Shown here piece after piece: positions 49,515 to 52,815 of a stretch of DNA of 52,815 bases. The notes beneath the pieces were generated by a model, which saw only the letters and a list, made by a program, of their open reading frames with translations, was not told the origin of the DNA and did no database searches. The stretch covers positions 64,398,647 to 64,451,461 of the forward strand of contig NC_068984.1 in assembly GCF_001194135.2 (NCBI RefSeq). Reading direction: 5' to 3'. The translations under genes were made by a program, and so were the position numbers. Positions within the stretch are counted from its first letter, which is position 1, and each line of letters opens with the position of its first letter. Origin of the DNA: Octopus bimaculoides. Lineage: Eukaryota.

Positions 49515-50107
49515 GCTTANNNNNNNNNNNNNNNNNNNNNNNNNNNNNNNNNNNNNNNNNNNNNNNNNNNNNNNNNNNNNNNNNNNNNNNNNNNNNNNNN
49601 NNNNNNNNNNNNNNNNNNNNNNNNNNNNNNNNNNNNNNNNNNNNNNNNNNNNNNNNNNNNNNNNNNNNNNNNNNNNNNNNNNNNNNNNNNNNNNNNNNNN
49701 NNNNNNNNNNNNNNNNNNNNNNNNNNNNNNNNNNNNNNNNNNNNNNNNNNNNNNNNNNNNNNNNNNNNNNNNNNNNNNNNNNNNNNNNNNNNNNNNNNNN
49801 NNNNNNNNNNNNNNNNNNNNNNNNNNNNNNNNNNNNNNNNNNNNNNNNNNNNNNNNNNNNNNNNNNNNNNNNNNNNNNNNNNNNNNNNNNNNNNNNNNNN
49901 NNNNNNNNNNNNNNNNNNNNNNNNNNNNNNNNNNNNNNNNNNNNNNNNNNNNNNNNNNNNNNNNNNNNNNNNNNNNNNNNNNNNNNNNNNNNNNNNNNNN
50001 NNNNNNNNNNNNNNNNNNNNNNNNNNNNNNNNNNNNNNNNNNNNNNNNNNNNNNNNNNNNNNNNNNNNNNNNNNNNNNNNNNNNNNNNNNNNNNNNNNNN
50101 NNNNNNN

Positions 50108-50713
50108 NTGTAATACTTATCTTATCGAAAATTAAACGCAAACCTTATCTTAACGAATCTTTCGTTTAAAATACAATTTAAACGAAGTTTTAGGTTAAAC
50201 TAACATTATAAAAGTTATATTATTAACTTTCCGTTTATTATAATATAAACTAACAAAAATTAATTTATATAGATTAATTTATATAAAAATAATTATATCA
50301 CCAAAAAAAAAACATTTAACAAAATTATTGAAATTTAATGCAAAACTTGTCTAATCGAATCTTTAGTTTAAATAAAATTTTAAATGTTATACTATTAACT
50401 TAACCTTAATTAGAATATTAGCTAATAATAAATGAAATTATATAAAAATACTTATTTTACCAATAAATCAAAAAGAAACATTAAACAATATTATTGAAAA
50501 TAAATGCATCACTGATCTAATCGAAGTTTTGGTTTAAACTAAAATGTTCAGCTTAATACTATTAACTTAGTGTTAAATAAGATATCAGCTAACATTAAAT
50601 ATCAAGTGAATTTATATAAAAATACTCATTTTACCAATAAATGAGAGAAAATCATTTCACAATATTATTGAAAATAAAAGCAATACTTATCTCAACGAAG
50701 CTATAGTTTAAAC
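50108..50713. repeat. AT-rich tandem repeat, unit about 170 bp, about 3.5 diverged copies
   Basis: Anchor 'ttattgaaa' at 50325, 50491 and 50665 (periods 166 and 174), each followed by 'ct.a.cgaa...gtttaaa'; 'tatataaaaatact.attttaccaataaat' recurs. The left end is lost in a gap. Confidence 0.85.
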
Positions 50714-50892
50714 TATGGGGTGGGATGGGGTAGGATCGGGTGGAATGGGATGGGTAGTGAAGGTGGGTTGGATTGTGTAGGATGGCTGGGGTGACGATGA
50801 AGGGAGAAGGGGAATGTGGGTAGGAGTGAAGAGAAAGTGTCGGAGCAAGAGTGGAGAGGTGGGTGGGAGGGAGAAAGGGAAGGGGAGGAGCC
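50714..50892 (+). other. G/A-rich tract with G-quadruplex consensus
   Basis: Six runs of 3 or more G between 50717 and 50754 with loops of 7 nt or less; further runs to 50884. Confidence 0.75.
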
Positions 50893-51900
50893 TTAATACG
50901 AAAACTGTGTTCTCAAGAAAATTTTTAGAAACGCCAGAATGTAAAAATGAGCAAGGCAAATGAAAATATACAAAATAAAATGAAATTTCTGCAAATCATA
51001 TTTGGGGGTATCTTTCAAATATCTTCATTTTGGCGCGCTGCGGCCGGAAATAACTCTGCAGTTAATAAATTTGTATAGATATATATGTATAGATATGTAT
51101 ACGCCTTTATTGATTCATATGTTAATATATGAATATATTCGAATGTGCAGCTATATGCTTATAAAAATTTGAATGCCCAGTGGCATATATGTGTACGCGG
51201 TTGGATATGTATAAACCTTGTCTGTCAATATTATATTTTCTTTCAAGTCAAACCTGTGTTTAGCGGACATATGATTTCTCCAATATTAATTATTTATCGA
51301 ATGTTGAGTCGTAATTTAAACTGTATAAGAAAAAAGCGCTCCCAGATTAACAGCTTGATAAGTACGATGCACTAAACACTAGCTCCTTGATTGACGTAAC
51401 TCTCTGTCAATTATAAAAGAAATAGTCTATATAGACATGTATTGAGATCTATTTCTTCAATATGTTCTACTAAACTTCTGTGTGTGCGCGCGCTCACACG
51501 TGTGGTGCGTGTAATGTGCGTGAGCGTAATGTTAGTAGGAGGAATATATAAAACAAAGACATCTTAAAACGATGTTCAAAAGGAACCATAGAATCATAAA
51601 ATATAAATATTTCGTTTATTGAAATTATCTTCACTTCGAGAGCGCTTAAAGAAATGCCTCACAGCCATACTTTATAGATCTATGTATTCTATAGGTATTA
51701 TATGCGTGTATATATATATATGTAAATACTTGATATATAAGCTATCTACGTATGTTGTATGGGTATACGTGTCCGTGTGTGTGTGTGGTGTATGTGTGTG
51801 TGTGTGTTTGTGTGTGTGGTCGTGTGCGTGTGCATGTGGATATATATTTTGCATATATATGTGTGTGCATACGTGTCAATTTTTTATATACACATTTACA

Positions 51901-52096
51901 CTTTACTTGTTACAGTCATTTTGACTGCGGCCATACTGGAGCACTGCCATTTAATCGAACAATCGACCTCTGGACTTATTCATTGTAAGCTTGATATCTA
52001 TTCTATCGGTCTCTTTCGCCAAACCGCTAGGTTGCGAGATGTAAACACATCAAGATCGGTTGTCAAACGATAGTGGAGCGACAAACACGGACACAA

Positions 52097-52161
<65 letters not shown>

Positions 52162-52304
52162 NNNNNNNNNNTGGGCTTCTTTCAGTTTCCGTCTATCAAA
52201 TCCACTCACAAGGCTTTGGTCGGCCCGAGGCTATAGTAGAAGACACTCGCCCAAGGTGTCACGCAGTGGATCTGAACCCAGAACCATGTGGTTGGGAAGC
52301 AAGC
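51901..52304 (-). mobile_element. SINE family A, near full length (head truncated by a (GT)n tract)
   Basis: Continuous match to 13741-14272; central (CA)n(TA)n with a 10-nt gap. Confidence 0.9.
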
Positions 52305-52682
52305 CGTGTGTGTGTGTGTGTAATCATATTCATGTATACATGTATACACACATGTATAGGGAACTGATAAAGTGAATACAATTTAGTTTGGTACGCTGAC
52401 AAATGTACAGTTAGATATGTAATGTATTCGTCCAAAATTAGCTTGCCGAAATTTCGAAGTCACTATCAATAATATTCTCGTTTGAGAATAATAAAGTTGT
52501 ACTCTACAAAAGTATAGATTAATTATTTTTGTTATAACTGAACATATAAACAAACATTGACATATATATACATATATATATATATGTATATATATATATT
52601 ACACGTGTATAAGGGATGACCACTAGGTGGACATCCAATATGCTAGAAAGAGGTCATCAACGACCCAACCTCATGATTTTTT

Positions 52683-52765
52683 TCCAGGGACACTATAAGG
52701 AATGCATGCGCCAGGTTCCGGAGCCGTCTTAAGGCCGTGCTGGAAGCTAAGTGCGAGACTTTGAG
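52683..52765 (+). pseudogene. Tc1/mariner-superfamily transposase C-terminal fragment
   Basis: SRDTIRNACARFRSRLKAVLEAK matches the recalled 'ACxRFRSRLEAVVEAxG' end of Tc1/mariner (maT-like) transposases. Confidence 0.6.
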
Positions 52766-52815
52766 CAAACTGAAACTTTTGGGGTTCTTTTTTTAATACT
52801 TTTATTTTTGGATGG

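Noticed and set aside
46759-50169. Longest ORFs in the track (214-365 aa), and similar ones at 2833-3447, 22431-23172, 34322-35206 and 43085-43654
   Set aside because: They consist of X from N-runs plus HT/CV/YI dipeptides from microsatellites; not genes.

Overview
AT-rich, microsatellite-dense animal genomic DNA from a gapped draft assembly; most N-runs are flanked by (AT)n/(AC)n. The SINE families match what I recall from octopus (coleoid cephalopod) genomes, which I could not verify here. I find no intact protein-coding gene, rRNA, true tRNA gene or CRISPR array. Most long ORFs in the track are microsatellite or N-run artefacts or decayed transposon frames. The window is an intronic or intergenic field of mobile-element remnants: two abundant SINE families, RTE-, CR1- and L1/Tx1-like LINE pieces, two Penelope-like fragments (RT + GIY-YIG; GIY-YIG only), mariner, Tc1 and Tigger-type elements and MITEs, three Chapaev3-like pieces, a Helitron remnant and a ~170-bp satellite. 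I cannot demonstrate a new biological system. The best leads are: (1) an ORF1-only L1/Tx1-like element with palindromic 5'UTR monomers, co-linear between a SINE head and tail; (2) four hammerhead-ribozyme-like cores in short non-coding stretches; (3) a SINE/RTE shared 3' stem-loop with compensatory changes; (4) a 10:1 strand bias of SINE family A, with weak minus-strand exon candidates suggesting a hidden host gene. Family names for decayed proteins come from my manual translation and recalled motifs, not database searches. Boundaries of decayed elements are approximate.
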